From assembly GCA_965369625.1 (NCBI GenBank), contig CBDUQW010000005.1, forward strand, positions 1,562 to 65,561: 64,000 bases of DNA, given 5' to 3'. Made by a program: the position numbers and the translations under genes. Of this stretch, positions 48,901 to 63,900 are shown piece after piece (the stretch's first letter is position 1; every line of letters begins with the position of its first letter). The DNA comes from an uncultured Thermoplasmata archaeon. Its GTDB lineage: Archaea > Thermoplasmatota > DTKX01 > GCA-020343715. Below the pieces are notes generated by a model that saw only the letters and a program-made list of their open reading frames with translations, had not been told where the DNA came from and did no database searches.

Positions 48901-51900
48901 AAGGCCTACCTCAAGCAGTTCAGCAACCTGTTGGGGGCCATCGGTTGGGCGAACATGCCCGTGGACCCACCGGGTCAGCAGGATCTGCCCCACAACACCA
49001 CCGCCAACGTGAGCGCGACCGCAGACCTCAACGGGACCACCGTGTCCGGCACCGTCTACAGCAGCCACCTGAGCATGGACGGTTCCGCGGGTGTGGCGGG
49101 TGGATGGGCCTCCTCCATCAATCACTCGTTCTCCTACGACAGCGTGGTCAGTTCCTCGGCCTCGGTCTACGACGGGTCCGGCACGCTGGTCGGCACCGGC
49201 GCCGTGGCCGCCGATTCCCTCGACCCCTATGGGACCATCGAGGGTCACGCGTCCTACAACTTCACCGGGACCGGAGTGGTGAGCGTCCATGCCACATCGG
49301 TATCGGGGTTGGCGGTGACGGCCGACCTGGACCCGTACACCGGGTCGGCCACACGGACCACAGGGTCGCTGACCATCGAGCTGGCCGACGCCAACGTGAC
49401 CATCGGCACATCGACGTACACGGGCGAATGCACCATCGTCTGCAACGTTGCCACCATACAGGGGGACGGCGCCGTCGGATTCGGTCATCACGGGTCCAGC
49501 GTGGAGATATCGTCCTCGGGGTCGGAGCTGACCGTCGGTGAGTACACCGGCACCCTGCAGCTGGGAGGCACCAACATAGGCGACGGTGGTTCCATGTCCT
49601 TCACCAACTTCCGTGGCCAGGTGACGGTCTCGACCCACAACTCGACCCATGACAAGTACGTGGTGTCCGGGGTCGTCAACAGGGTGATGTACCTGGGGCT
49701 CAACAGGACCTCCGTGACGCTGGTGGGCCCGCACCAGACCTTCGAGGTGAAGGCCTCCATCCACAGCAACGCCGACGACGACTACGTGCTCAAGGCCAAG
49801 GTCCCCTGGGGTACCCTCAACGACTCCAGGGTCTCCCCGGCCCAGCTGGGGAATGTCGACCTGGCCGACATCATAGAGGAGGAGAGCTGGGGTGTTGAGG
49901 TGAGCTCCGACGGCTCCATCGAGGTCTTCCCCATGCCGGGCACCGCGCCCGGGACGTACCACGTCACCATCAGCACCTGGTCGAAGACCGTATCTGGCCT
50001 TCGCGACGAGGCCATCGTGGAGGTCATCATACCACGTTACGACGCCCTTGGATACCAGGTGGTGAAGAACGAATGGGACGACCACACCCTCATCATCGAG
50101 AACGAGGGCAACGTGGCCCGGGACCTCGAGATCAACTACACCTACACCAAGCGGTCCTGGGTTTCCATCAGCCGTGAGACCCTCATGGCCATTCCAGGAA
50201 TGACCTACCAGACCGGCCTCTACCTGAACCCCACCTTCGACGTCGCGTGGCCCGGGGGCACGCAGACCATATGGATCAACGTCACCGACAGGGAGACGGA
50301 CACCGTCATCAAGACCATCCAGCTTAACTTCACCTTCCCCAATCCCGTGATATCGAACATGACCATCACCGGACCCACCTACTCCAGCGGGGGCAGCGTG
50401 GCGACCTACGACGTGAACGTTACCAACTCGGGCACGGAATCGGCGTACGTCGTGTTCGATGTCAACACGCCCGCTGGCTGGGCCGGCTGGTCCCCCTCGT
50501 CCCTGACCCTCCCCGTCGGGTCCAGCGGGAACGCCACCCTGACCATCACCCAGGCGGATGGTGCGCTGGGCGTCGGCAACCACACCTTCGCCGTCAGGGC
50601 CTATCCCCAGATCAAACCCTCCAACGCGCTGACGGCCAACATCACGATGACCCTGTCGCGCCCCTACGCGGGCGCCGTCAACGTTACGGTGGGCCCGGAG
50701 GTCCCCGACTACCCCGGTTCCATCTACAACGTCAGCATCCAGAACGGGGGCATACTGGCGGACAACTTCACCTTCGAGGCCTCGGGCCTTCCCCCCGGCT
50801 GGTTCACCTTCACGCCCGCGAACACCGTCCTCTCCGTCGACGGGACCACCAACTTCACCGTTAAGGTGCACCCCGACACCCCGACCTACCTCCCGGGGCC
50901 CCTGAACTACACGCTGCGCATCGTATCGGGCAACGACCCGTCCATCGTCACCGAGATCGTGGTCAACTTCACCATGCCGGACCTGTACGGCATCGCGTCA
51001 ACGTCGGACAGGACGGACCTGTACCTCTCACCCAACGGGAACGCCACCTTCCGCCTGATCGTTGGATCCCTTGCGAACGTCAACGACACCGTCACCATCA
51101 CCCACACCGCCCCCGCGGGTTGGACCGTCAGCTACACCACGCCCATGAACCTTACACTGGGGGCTGCTGTGGACCAGAACGTGACCATCTTCGCCTCGGG
51201 CGGCACCATTGGAACGACCTACTGGGTGAACCTGACCGTCACCTCCTCCGGCGATGCCAACCGGACACAGGTGGTACCCATCCGGGTACTGGTCATATCG
51301 GCCGAGAAGGTAGCCCTCGCCAACGCGGCCGCCGAGGCGGCCGGTCTCGCCGAGCTCGCCTACTACCTCGACGCCGCCGACGCCCTCTCGGACTTCGCCG
51401 ACCACATCGTCGACTTCATGCTCGACGAGACCAACTCGACCCTCAAGGCCCAGGTCCTCGACGACCTGGAGACCGTGGTCGCGGAGACCGCGGCCGTGGA
51501 CCCTACGGTGTCCGCCGCCATCGACTCGGCCCGTGCCGCCCTCGCCAACGAGACCAACCCATCGGGATACAACGCCATCTACGCCAACCTCACCACCGCC
51601 CTCGACGACCTCAACGACATCCTGCGGCCCCTCTCGCTCTGGACCCCCACCCTCAGGGCCCGCCTGCTGGAGCTGGCCGAGGAGGCCAATGCCACGGCAT
51701 GGGCCATGAACTCCACCTACGAGTTCGGCATCCATGACAAGCTGAGGTACGTGTGGGCCGTTGCCCTCTACTACCGCGAGCACCCCCACGATGACACCCT
51801 GAAGGGCATCCTCGGGTCGTGGGTGGAGGCCTCTGGCACGGCCATCTCGGGGAACTTCAAGGCCTGGCCGGCCATAAGTGCCCAGGGCGACGCCATCGAT

Positions 51901-54900
51901 ACCGCGGGCAGCGGCATCTCCTCCGCCACCGACTGGGCCTTGATCGGGCACGTGGATGACGCCACGGCCGCGCTGCGCACCGTGCGCCTCTCGCTTCCTC
52001 CTGTGGCCGAAGAAAGGCTGGCCCTGATCGATGCGGTCCGGGTCGTTGCTCCCGCGGCATACCACGCCTCGATCGCGGGGCAGGACATAGGGGTGTGGGA
52101 GGTCTATGACGACACCTTCCAGATTTACCGGCAACTCGCTCAGCTCGAAGAGGGGTGGTCCGACCACGGACTCTACGACGACCAGTCGCAATCCACCAGG
52201 ACCTCCCTCGGGGCCTACATCGGCTCCCTTCGGGAGAGGCTGTTCACCAACTACACGGGTGTGGCAGCAGCTTACCCGGACCTCAACGCGAGTCTCACGA
52301 CCCTCGCCGCCGACATACCCGTGGACACCGGCTATCCCCTCGCCGCCGATCTTCTGGCCCTGGCCGAGAACATGACCGTCCTCCATGGCATCTATGACAT
52401 ACTGGCCGCCCACGGCATCGTAGCCACCCTGTTCCCGCCCGCCAACATCGTTGTGGCCGGCAACAAGACGATCTACCGCGTGACCCTCGAGAACGTGGCG
52501 GACGGCACGAACAACGTGACCATGGAATTCAACGGGCTGAACTACACCTGGCTCGACCGGACGGACTGGAACTTCACCCTGGCAGGGAAGGAGGTCAGGG
52601 AGATATGGTTCAACGCTTCCGCTCCCACCGACACCTCCGCCGGGATGGTGTACTTCTCCGTCGTGAGCACCCCCGACGAACCCATAGCCCAGGTGACCAA
52701 GTCCGGGACGCTGGTGGTGGTCGTCGATATCGGCACCACCGTCGACCCCTACCTGGTCAAGGCCGCCATAGAGGATGGCATCGAATGGTTGCGACGGTCA
52801 CAGAACTGGGACGGTTCCTGGAGCCGGGGGGATGGCTATACCTCGGCCCACTCGGTGGGATTGACCGCACTGTCCGTTTGGGCCATGATGAACCACGGCG
52901 TGCCCACCCACGACCCGGCCGTCAAGATGGGTCTGGACTACATCATGGACAACGTGCACCAGAAGGACAACACCATATGGTCCATGTCCCAAATGTACGA
53001 GACCGCCATGGCGGTCATAGCGCTGGCGGAGACCCACAACGAGACCTACGACGAGCAGATAAACAAGACCGTCCAGGCACTCCTCCTCGCCCAAGAGATC
53101 TACAACCTCCAGCACATGTGGAGGTATGGCATCGATAGCAATGACTACGATCTGTCGGTGGCCGGATGGGTGATGATGGCCCTGGGAACCGTCGAGTGGG
53201 ACATGCCTGACCAGGTCTGGTGGTGGGTCACCGACAAGATGAACATCAGCCAGAGGGCGGACGGGGGATTCGGCTACACCACGTACTCCGGCTCCTCCCG
53301 CACGATGTCCGGGTCCGGCGTCCTGGGATTGCTCCTGGCCGGCGTCCCACCCGACGACATCCGAGTGCGCGCGGGCCTGGGCTGGCTCTCCACCCACCAG
53401 CAGACGAGCACCAGTTGGGCGGGCTACGCCTTCCTCTATCACACCCGGGCGTTCCATGCGGCCCAGATGCCGACCCCCTGGTTCGACATCTGCACGAACT
53501 ACCTGCTGTCCACACAGCACGGGGACGGTCACTGGTTGTTGAACACCGAGGTCAGTTCCATGTCCACGGCGGAGGCGCTCCTCTGTCTGGAGTACAACAT
53601 CGGCGAGTACTCGTCGGCCAAGATATTCAAGCGGACCCTGGTGGACCTGACCCCCAGGAACAACACCATCCCCAGGGGTACCGAGGGCACCTTCAACGTC
53701 ATCCTGGACAACAAGGGCGGCCGTGACACCGTGAACCTGATCATCGATGGCATACCCGATTCGTGGGTGGACTTCGACAGCACCGCCGTGTACGTCCCGT
53801 CCCACACAACCAAGGTGGTGCAGATGCGGGTGACCCCGCCCCTCAACGCCGGCCTGGGCGACTACACCGTCACCGTCATGGCCCAGTCGGCCACCCTGGC
53901 AACCTCGATATACTTGGCCTCGGCGAACCTCACAGTGATCGATACCCTCTCCGTCACGCTGGATGTGGAACCGGCCTCGGCACAGGGGGGCCAGGGAGTG
54001 CCCACACAGTACATGGCCACGGTGGTGAACACAGGAATCCTCAGCGACCGCTATGTCCTCGAGGTCGAGGCGTGGTGGTTGCCCGGTGGTACGCATCACA
54101 CGTTCAACCCCAACCTCGAGTGGAGGCCCACGGACTACTCGTTCAGGGTCCCCATCACCGTCCGGGCCGGCGTGTACGACCGGGAGGACGAGCTGATCGA
54201 GCTGTCCATCAACCTAACCCAGAAGCTCATGGAGGGGGCCGCGGTGGGCACCGTCAATATCAGCCGCATGCGGCTCATCATGTACGACGCGGCAGGGGTC
54301 CCCATCGGAGAGGTGGCCTTGAACGTCTCCAAGGGCGCTGGCTTCGACCCGAGGACCGCCGCCGTCGTGGACATCAACTTCACCATCCCGGGGGAGTTCC
54401 TGGCCAACGGCGTCAAGTGGTACGCCCTCAACTTCGACCTGTTCGACGTGAAGTACAACCAGACGGCCCTGGCCGAGCGGCAGGGTACCGAGGGCATCAT
54501 CCCGGGTCTCACCCTCGACCCCTGGACCCCGGGTCCCACCGACGACATCACCGTCAACTGGGTCCCCATGGACGCGGGTCTGGCGGATGACCCGGAGCTC
54601 CATTACAGCATGGACGGAGCGATCTGGCAATCCCAGGACATGGGTTACGAGTTCGAGGACGAGTTCGAGGGGTCCGATCCCATCATCGGGGACACCTGGT
54701 TAGCGTTCGACTCGACCCCTAAGGAGATGGACGACATCGACATCGAGAGGTTGGACGGAGCAATGGCCATCAACGGCACCCATCCGTACTTGAACAGTTG
54801 GAGGTCCAAGGGTGTCACCCTTAACCAGACCCTGGACGGGTCCTTCGAGGTCTCGGCCGACATCTGGTTCGACGAGGGGCTCTATCGTAAACAGAATTCC

Positions 54901-57900
54901 TACTTCTACATGAGGTTGGTGGACGGAGACGGCAACATCGTCGACATGTACGCGTACGGATGGGACCGGTACTACCGGATGCAGAACAACCACGTCTACA
55001 ACTGGTTGTCCTCACCGGTCATGTACTTCGACGGCTTCGAGCCGGACCGGTACCATACCTGGTCCATGCGCTACGACGCAATGACCAGAACCCTCGAGGG
55101 CTACATCGATGGGCAGATGGTTGGCAAGTTCGAGTACCTCATACTGAACGACGTGACACCGACGCTGTTCTATCACACATACTATCACGCAAAGACCGTG
55201 AGAATCCTTATCGACCACTTCCACACCACACCCACGACGACCATACCGGCCACCTCGCTGGAGACCGACCTCAAGCTGCAGATCACCTACGAGGACAGGG
55301 CGGGCCTTTCCGGTCGCACGGTGATACAGCCCCTCTTCGTCGATGCCAGCGCCCCGGTCCCGACGGTGCCCGCTCCTCCTGGCATGGGATACCCCGGGAA
55401 GCCGACACGGATAGTCACCCACGTCTCCGACGCGTACAGTCTGGCAGGGGACCACCTCCAGTACACGGCTCCCGACGGGTCGACAGGAACGGTCCCCCTC
55501 GTTCCGGACACGAACGAGGAGTTCGATAGGACATTACTTTGGCTCAGGGGCGGGACCACACCACTCCCGTACCTGCAGGCGACGGACTGGACCTTCGATT
55601 CCATGTACACATCCAACGTGGACTCTTACAACATCCTGCGGAACCTAGACGGCTACGGCGTGGTCATGATGTCCGAGGTGTACCCAACCTCCTTCGGGAT
55701 GACCAACCCAGCCACGATGGATGAGCTGATGGACTGGGTCTCCAACGGGGGGAGCCTCTTCTTGATCTATCCACCCAATACCGCGACGATGTCCGACCTC
55801 CTCGGTGTCACGTACACCAAGGACCTGGGCAACGGCATGGTCATCGCCGACCCGGACCATCCCATCGTGTCATATCCCTACTCTGCCATGGTCCAGGGAT
55901 GGCCATCGACCTACGAGTGCGGGGGTTACTGGACCGATTTCGCGGACGATGGCTTCGTGCCGATCCTGACCCATCCGGACGTTCCCACGGGTGCCGTGAC
56001 CATGGTCAAGCATCAAGGGAAGGGTCTTATCATCATGGATTCCTCCTACGCGAGTAACACCCGATACCTGGACACCGGGAGCTGGATGATCGAGAACTCA
56101 CTGTCCTTCATCCAGCGCAACCGGATACAGCAGTTGGCGTCCTCCTCGACCGCCCCCGCCGTGCAGTCGACCGACCACGCTATGGACGACTACTTCGACA
56201 ATATCTTCACCTACAGGTATCCAGGAGCGACCGCCGTCTCCGTCCACATCTCCGATATGGACATGGAGGACGGGTACGACTTCATCCAGGTGCTGGACGG
56301 TATGGGAAGGTTGCAGGAGACCTTCACCGGTGCCGCCACGGACCTCTGGACCATGGTGGTGCCTGGGGACACCATCCACCTGCGCGTCATCACCGACGGC
56401 TCCATCAAGAGCTGGGGTTTCGAGACGGACCTCATCAGGCATTACGGGCAGTGGGTGGCGGAGATCCCTGCCATGGACGTGACGGGAACCGTCACGTACA
56501 CGGTGGTCGCAACCGACGGGGCGGGGAACTCAGGGACATCTCCCACATACTCCTTGGAGCTCACCGAGCCGCCCGTCGTCCTCAACATCACCACCAGCCC
56601 GGTCCATCCCTCGGACTCCGATCCTATCACCGTCAACGCCGAGGTCATGGACGCAGTGGTCAGGGACGACATCGCGGCGGAATGGGAGGCGGGCACCCTC
56701 GTCAACATGACCATCGATGGGGCATTGGGCATGCACCTCTCGGATGCTGTCAACGCCAGCGACAGGTACTTCGCCTGCGACGATGCAGGTACGATCTTCA
56801 TGCTGGAGGTGGACACGGATATGAAGGTGACCAGCTCCACGAACATTGCCACGTTGAACGCCAGACTGAGGGGCCTTGTCGCAGCGGACTTCGACGAGGA
56901 CGGCGACATCGATCTGGTGGTCATGAACAAGACGGACGGGTACCTGTACTTCATCGAGCAGACGTCCGACTGGAACTTCTCGTCGCCCGTCTCCACGGGG
57001 ACGGACACCGGGGCCGTGAACACGGATACCTACGGCTTCGCCATCGGCGACTTCAACGAGGACGGTCACATGGACATCGTGGGAGGCGGATACCAAAGGA
57101 CGATACGCCTGTTCACCGGAAATGGGAACGGCACGTTCGATGTGTCGACCCTGGGCACCATCTCGACGAACCTCGTGTCGATAGCCGTTGGGGATATGGA
57201 CAACGATGGCCACCTGGACCTGCTGTTGGCCCAGTACTCCGGAACCCTCATATCGTACCTGGGTCACGGGAACGGCACGTTCACGGCCAAGACCTCCGTC
57301 TATGCCCATCCAGGGACCACGTCGGCCAGCAAGAGCGCTGGCCTGGCGGACTTCGATGGGGACGGCAACCTGGACATCCTCATCAACACTGGCACCTTGT
57401 ACATCCACATGGGTCATGGTGACGGTGTGAACTTCACCTATGGTGGCCGCATAGGGGTCACCACGAGGTGGGGTGAGATGGAGATCCTCGACCTGGATAG
57501 GGACGGGGACCTGGACCTGATCATGACCAGGTACGATGCCCATCAGGTGAAAACCTACGAGAACCAAGGGATGTGGAGACATGTCCCGATCTTGGTCCAA
57601 AAGGACGCCTACTCGGTCTCAACCACCAATTACATGTTCGGTCTGACCCAGAGCCAAACAACCAGAAGTACCTCCGGCTCTATGACCTCCGCCGTCCACG
57701 ACATGGGAGGAGACGTGACGTGGAGGTACGTGCAGCTGGAGCACGCGAACCTCGGGGGTCAGACCCTCGACCTGGAGGTCAGGACCTCCACGGACAACTC
57801 CACTTGGACGGCCTGGGCGCAGGTGTTCCCGGGAGACTCCCCAGGGGAGTGGCCCGTGGCGACGGCTGCGTTCCCCGGCGGTCCCACCGCCAGGTACGTG

Positions 57901-60900
57901 CAGTGGAGACTCTCGATGGCGGACGCGGGTTCCATCGATACGCCCTTCGTACGCTCCGTGAACCTCCTCGGTGTGGCCACCGATCCCACGGTCGAGCTCC
58001 GATGGAGCCGATCGTCCGCCTCCCACCTTCGGACCTGGTCCACGGAGGCGATGGCCAAGGTGTCGGCGGGCAGGTACACGGGCACTGTTCCGGCCGCGCC
58101 AGTGGGCCCCACGGGCCATATGGACCTGGTCGTCGTCGCCAGCTTCACCGGAGGCGTTGAGGGAACTGCGACATCCCATGCCTACAGGGACTACACGGGT
58201 CCGGTCCTCATCCGGGCCAAGGCACTTCCCTTCTACTCGAACACCTCGACCAGCGTGCGGGTCGTTGCCGACCTGGAGGACACCTCCGGCGTGGCCTCCG
58301 CTGAGCTGTACTACTCCTTCGACAACTCCACATGGAGCAACGTGACGATGACCCTGGGACACGACCATAGCACCGACCTGGACGGCGACAGCGGGACAGA
58401 GGTCGCTGTTTCCGTGGCGACCAGCGCGGCCGTCTACATACTCGATGGCGACCTCACGACCAACTGGTCGATGACGGGCCTGGGCCATGCCAGTACCAAG
58501 CCGATGATCTCAGGCGACCTGGACGGTGACGGGACGCCAGAGATCGTGCTAGGCGACGGCAACGGCAATGCGGCCACCCTCTGGGTCCTCAAGTACAACG
58601 CCACCTCAGGGGGATACGAGGTGACGTACACCCACACGGCGGTCGTCGACAGCAACGTGTACTGCCTGGAGATCGCCGACGTGAACGGAGACGGCAGCCT
58701 GGAGCTGTTGAGAGGTCAAGTTAACGACCAGTGCGTCGTCTCATCCTGGGACGGCTCGGCCATCCGAGACACCCATTCGTTCTTCCTGGCCTACGATCCT
58801 TTGATCATCAGGGCCCTGGACTGGGACGGCGACGGTGAGGTGGAGATCATCTCTGCGGACAAGAGCTCAACTGGGAACATCAGGGTGTACTCCTGGGATG
58901 GCTCGTCCTTCGCCCTAGAGTACGCCCTACCCCTGGGCAACGTCATCTATGGTTTTGCCATGGCGGACATGAACGGCGACGGTAGCCTCGATATGGTCGT
59001 CTCCGTGGAGAACTACTACGGCATATACAGCGGTATCCTTTACATGGTGACCGCCACCGGACCCGACACCTACGCGGTGCTCTGGAGGGGAGGCTGGTCT
59101 GGCCGGTACGCCTACCTGTTCGACGCCGCCGACTGGGACAACGACGGGCGAATGGAGGTCGTCGTCGGTCATTACGATTACGAAGGAGTCCCCACCGGCA
59201 CCTTCGTCTACACGTACGAATGGGACCCAGCCACCAGTTCCCTGGTGGAGGATTGGATCTCCACGGCTCTGCCGGACCGATACTCGGGCCCGGCCAGGTT
59301 CGCGGACCTGGATGGCGACGGTACGCTGGAGCTGATCGTTCCATGCAACAACGGGGTCGTGTACGCCTTCACGCCGGACAACCGTGACTGGGCCTTCACC
59401 TCGTCCGACCAGGGCAGTTCTGCCGGCACCCACTACCGTGGGGCGATCACCCCGCTGGGCTCTCCTGATACTTGGTCGGCGATGATACCCTCGCCGGCAG
59501 CCGAGACAATGGTCAGATACTACATCGTGTCGACCGACGCTTCTGGATCGACCACCACCACGGGGACCCAAATCTACTATGCCGACGGGACGGCGCCCAC
59601 CATCGACGACGTCAGCTCGCCTCCCACGCACCTTCGGGTGCAGGACCCCCTCGTGGTGTACTGCAACGTGACCGACGCCGTCTCCATAGGCGGCGCATGG
59701 CTGGAGTACAACGTGACCGGGGGTGACTGGAATTCCATCCAGATGACCCGGCTCACCACCGGCCTGACGGCACAGTTCACGGCCACGATCCCGGACATCG
59801 GGTCCGCCACCACCGTCACCTACAGGGTGATGGCCCGGGACATGGCCGACAACGCCAGGACCTCCTCCACCCAGTCGTACGTGGTCGACCCGGGTCCCTC
59901 CTTCAACTGGATGAAGGACGGCTTCGGCTCGCCCTTCAAGTGGGAGGTCAACGTGACGGATAACGGGGCCGTGGCGTCGGTGGTCATCTCGTACTCCACC
60001 GACCTGGTCACATGGCAGAACGCGACGGTGACCAACTCCGGCAACGTCTACTCGGCCAGCGTGGACGTAGACGCAAACTCAACAATATATTTCGAGATCA
60101 CGGCCACAGACAACCTGGGGCTCAGCAACTCCTTCCGCGGGCGCTCGGGTGCCTCCAATCTGACCTTGCTCGTGGAAGACCCCCTTGCCCTCGATGTCGA
60201 GGAACTTGGGAACTACCAGATCCTTTACGACCTCTACTATACCATGTCGATCCTTGATGACGATCAGGCCTCCGTCGCTAACCTCTCGACATCGGACCTG
60301 GTGGTGGTGGTGGACAACGGAAGGATCACCTCCAGCCTCATCACGGCCCTCATCGACCAGGGTGTCTCGGTGCTCCTTCTCCGTGATGCCATTCAGAACG
60401 TGGTCACCACGGGTTATTACTCGAGCACCTCTGTGAATTACAGGAAGCTCAAGGTGACCAAGGATGAGGACCCCTTCAGGTCATATTACACTACCTTCAC
60501 CCAGATCCAGTCAAGTGGATCAGCACAAAGGGTCACCAGCGTACCCTCGGGATGGACCCTGGTAGCCACGAACTACGAATCATATCTTTACACTGTGATG
60601 AAGAAGGAGAACACCACCAGCGGTGGGAAGGCCATCACCTTCTCCTACGACATGCGATACCTGACCAGCAGGGGGCGGTACTTCCTCGAGCAGCTCATGA
60701 ACTGGACGCTGGGCGAGGCACTTGATGGTCCTTTGAACGCCACGTCCGGAGCAGTGTACCTCGTGATAAACGGCGATGACTGGACCCTTACTACCAGGGA
60801 GACCAAGGTCGATACGCTGCTCAAGGACTGGGGCTACGACGTCGAATATCTTCGGATCAAGGACGTTACCCGTTTCAATGCCACCAATGCCACGGCCATC

Positions 60901-63900
60901 ATCGTACCCATGTACTACACGGGTTACGGTGACCAGGGCACTCATTGGTACAGGTTCATGGACCAAGGCGTACCCGTCATCCTCCTGGGGAATGCCCTGC
61001 ACACCTTCAGATCCACCAACAGGGTGGGCGGTGGTGGTTATTACCACTACGCCGTGGTCACCTCGGACTCGTGGTTCGTGACCGGTTACAACGGCACCCA
61101 GTTCTACCGCCAGAACGCTGGGTCCGGGTATGCCTTCTACAACTCAGGTCCCACCGGTTGGACGGCCCTGGGTCATACGAGCGTCTACACCTACTACTAC
61201 AACCTTTGGTACAATCAGACGTCCTCGGGCACCCTGGGATTCGCGGACATGTGCGATCCTTTGTACTACACGCCCGACGGGGAGTTCCTGCTCTACAGGA
61301 TGCTGACCAACGTCACCGGCACCGCCATGCCGGGGAACGCCACCGTACCTGCTGGGAACGTGGTCCTGGTCATCAGGGGTGGTACTGGTGCCAGTGGTCC
61401 GACGCTGACGGCGCAGGAGAGCGCCATTGCCGACATGCTGACCTCATGGAACCACACGGTGTACTACCTGTCCCAGAGGAACATCTCCCGTACCAACGTG
61501 TCGGCGGCCAAGGCCATCGTCGCCACCCATTGGATCGACACCAATGTGAACTCCAAGACCTTCTTCGACAGCTGCCTTGCCCAAGGCATAGGCTTGGTCC
61601 TGACCTACGACGCCGGCCGGACCTACGGTAGCTCTTGGTACTACAGCAACTACTGGGAGTACCGATATTCACGGGCCATGAACGCAACGACGATCTTCCA
61701 GGATCATCCATCTGTCAACTTCTATCACCAGGACAGCTCCACGGCCACCAGGGTCAACCAGGCCTGCGCAGGCTGGACCATGCTGGCGAGTTCTGGAAAC
61801 ACGTACTACTCCACGTGGCAGCAGAAGGCGGGCGTCAACGGCAGCTACGCCTTCATGACCGGCCTCGACCCGGCCTACGTGAATCTGAATGGTAGATACT
61901 TCCTCGAGCTGGCGGTCAATTTCTCCATGGGTATCAACGTACCCCCCTTGGTCGACGTTCCCTCCGGTAACGTCGTTTTCATAACCATCGGGGAGGACGC
62001 GGATGGACCTGTGCTCAACTCCCACGAGACCCCTGTGAAGGACGAGCTCGAGCGGTGGGGCTACACCATCACCTACGTCTACCAGAGGGACGTGCTCACC
62101 CTCAACTGGACCGATGCGTCCATGATAGTGGCCGCTGACTGGATCAGCTCCTACCGGAGTTGGAGCGTACCGTTGGATGCCGCGATGAACGCCAACATCG
62201 GCGTCGTGCTCCTCTACAGGGGCTCCTCGGCGTACCAGACCTCCTTCGGTGGCTACGACGACTATCACCGACGATTGCTCTACGTGGAGAGCCCAACGGC
62301 GTTCTACGAAGGCATGTCGGGTTACGGCTTCTATGCCCAGGACTCAGGCTATGGATATTACTGGCGCTCCACCATCTCGGGCTTCACCCGTATCGGAGAC
62401 AACAACCAGAACCAAGGTACCGCCTTCTACAAGGGTGGGACCGCAGACGCTCACGTTTGCGTGCTCACGTACGATCCCGCCACAATGCCTCAGTTCTCGC
62501 TTATGGAGAGGATGTTCAACTTCTCCCAGAACATCTCCATCGCCCAGATACCCACCTCGGCGGATGTCGTTCTCCTGACGAGCGATATCAACATGCTCGA
62601 TCCCGCTCCCACCACCCGTGAGGCGTACTTGAAGGCCTATCTGGAGGACATGGGACTGACCGTGGAGCTGCGGCCATGGATTGATGCGCGGCGCTACGAC
62701 TTCTCATCGTCCCGTCTGGTCACCTATACCGAGGACCTGAGGATAGGCACCGACACCCACACCATGATAGTGGACCAGGGCCTTGGCCTGGCGCTGTTCT
62801 ATACTGGTGGTATCGGCGCAGGTGGGAGCTGGTACAGCAATTGGGCAGACAGCACCAACTGGTGGGCCTTTAGGTGCAGCCCTGGCGGAGGATACCTGGA
62901 TGACTACTATGGTATGACGATACAGGTCATGGAAGAGCGCCAGACCATCTATCGCAGCTCCAACACCCCGCCGGGATGGACCTTCGCTGGTTATGTCAAT
63001 TACAATTCGGGTTACCGGACCACCCACTGGCGGGAGAACACCACCTCGGGCGGTCACGGAGCCATATTGGGCTTCGACCTGATGAAGCTCAGCGACGATG
63101 GCACTGAACTGGCCCGGGCGATGATCGAATGGTGTCTGGACGGAGAGATCGATCGAAGGATCATCGGTGAAGGGAAGTCCGTACTCGTCATCCGGTCCTC
63201 CGATACCACCACGCCCACCCTCACGTCTTTGGAGAGCGCAGCGAACGACCTCCTCCTGGCCAGCGGCCTGAACGTGGTCTACCTTTCCAAGGCCCAGGTC
63301 GGTACCACGGACCTGTCACGAGCTAACGGGGTGTTCCTGACCGAGGGGCACGTATCCAGCACGATACTCAATCGTTGGGTCTCCGAGGGGACCCGAGTGG
63401 GCCTCCTATATACCGGTGCTGGAAGCCTCGGGGGAGGTTGGACCTGGCACAACCATGCTAATACCCGCCGTTACACGGCGACCGGCACCGAGGGCTTCAA
63501 CAACCACTTCGTGGACTCCCAGTTCACTGGACAGAACACGGGTTCGGTGTACGCAATGCACACGAGTCATCCTTCAGGGCTCATCAGGGACGGTCACGGC
63601 TATTACGCACACTACTGGACGGGCGGTCACCGCACCAATGCCAGCAGCGGAGGTAGGGTCGCGTTCCTCACGTTCCATCCCGAGGACCTGACCCCGGCTG
63701 GCGAGGCCCTCTACGCGAACATGATCGCGTGGGTGGAGGGAAGACCGTTCCCCATGTTCAACGCCAGCGCGAACAAGGTTGCCCTGGTCGTCAACAGCAT
63801 TGACGAGTCGGGAAGCACCCTCTCTATCCGGGAGGCCGCCCTCGTGAACAACCTGACGGCCAACGGTCTGTCTGTGGACTACGTGAGCCACGTGAACAGC

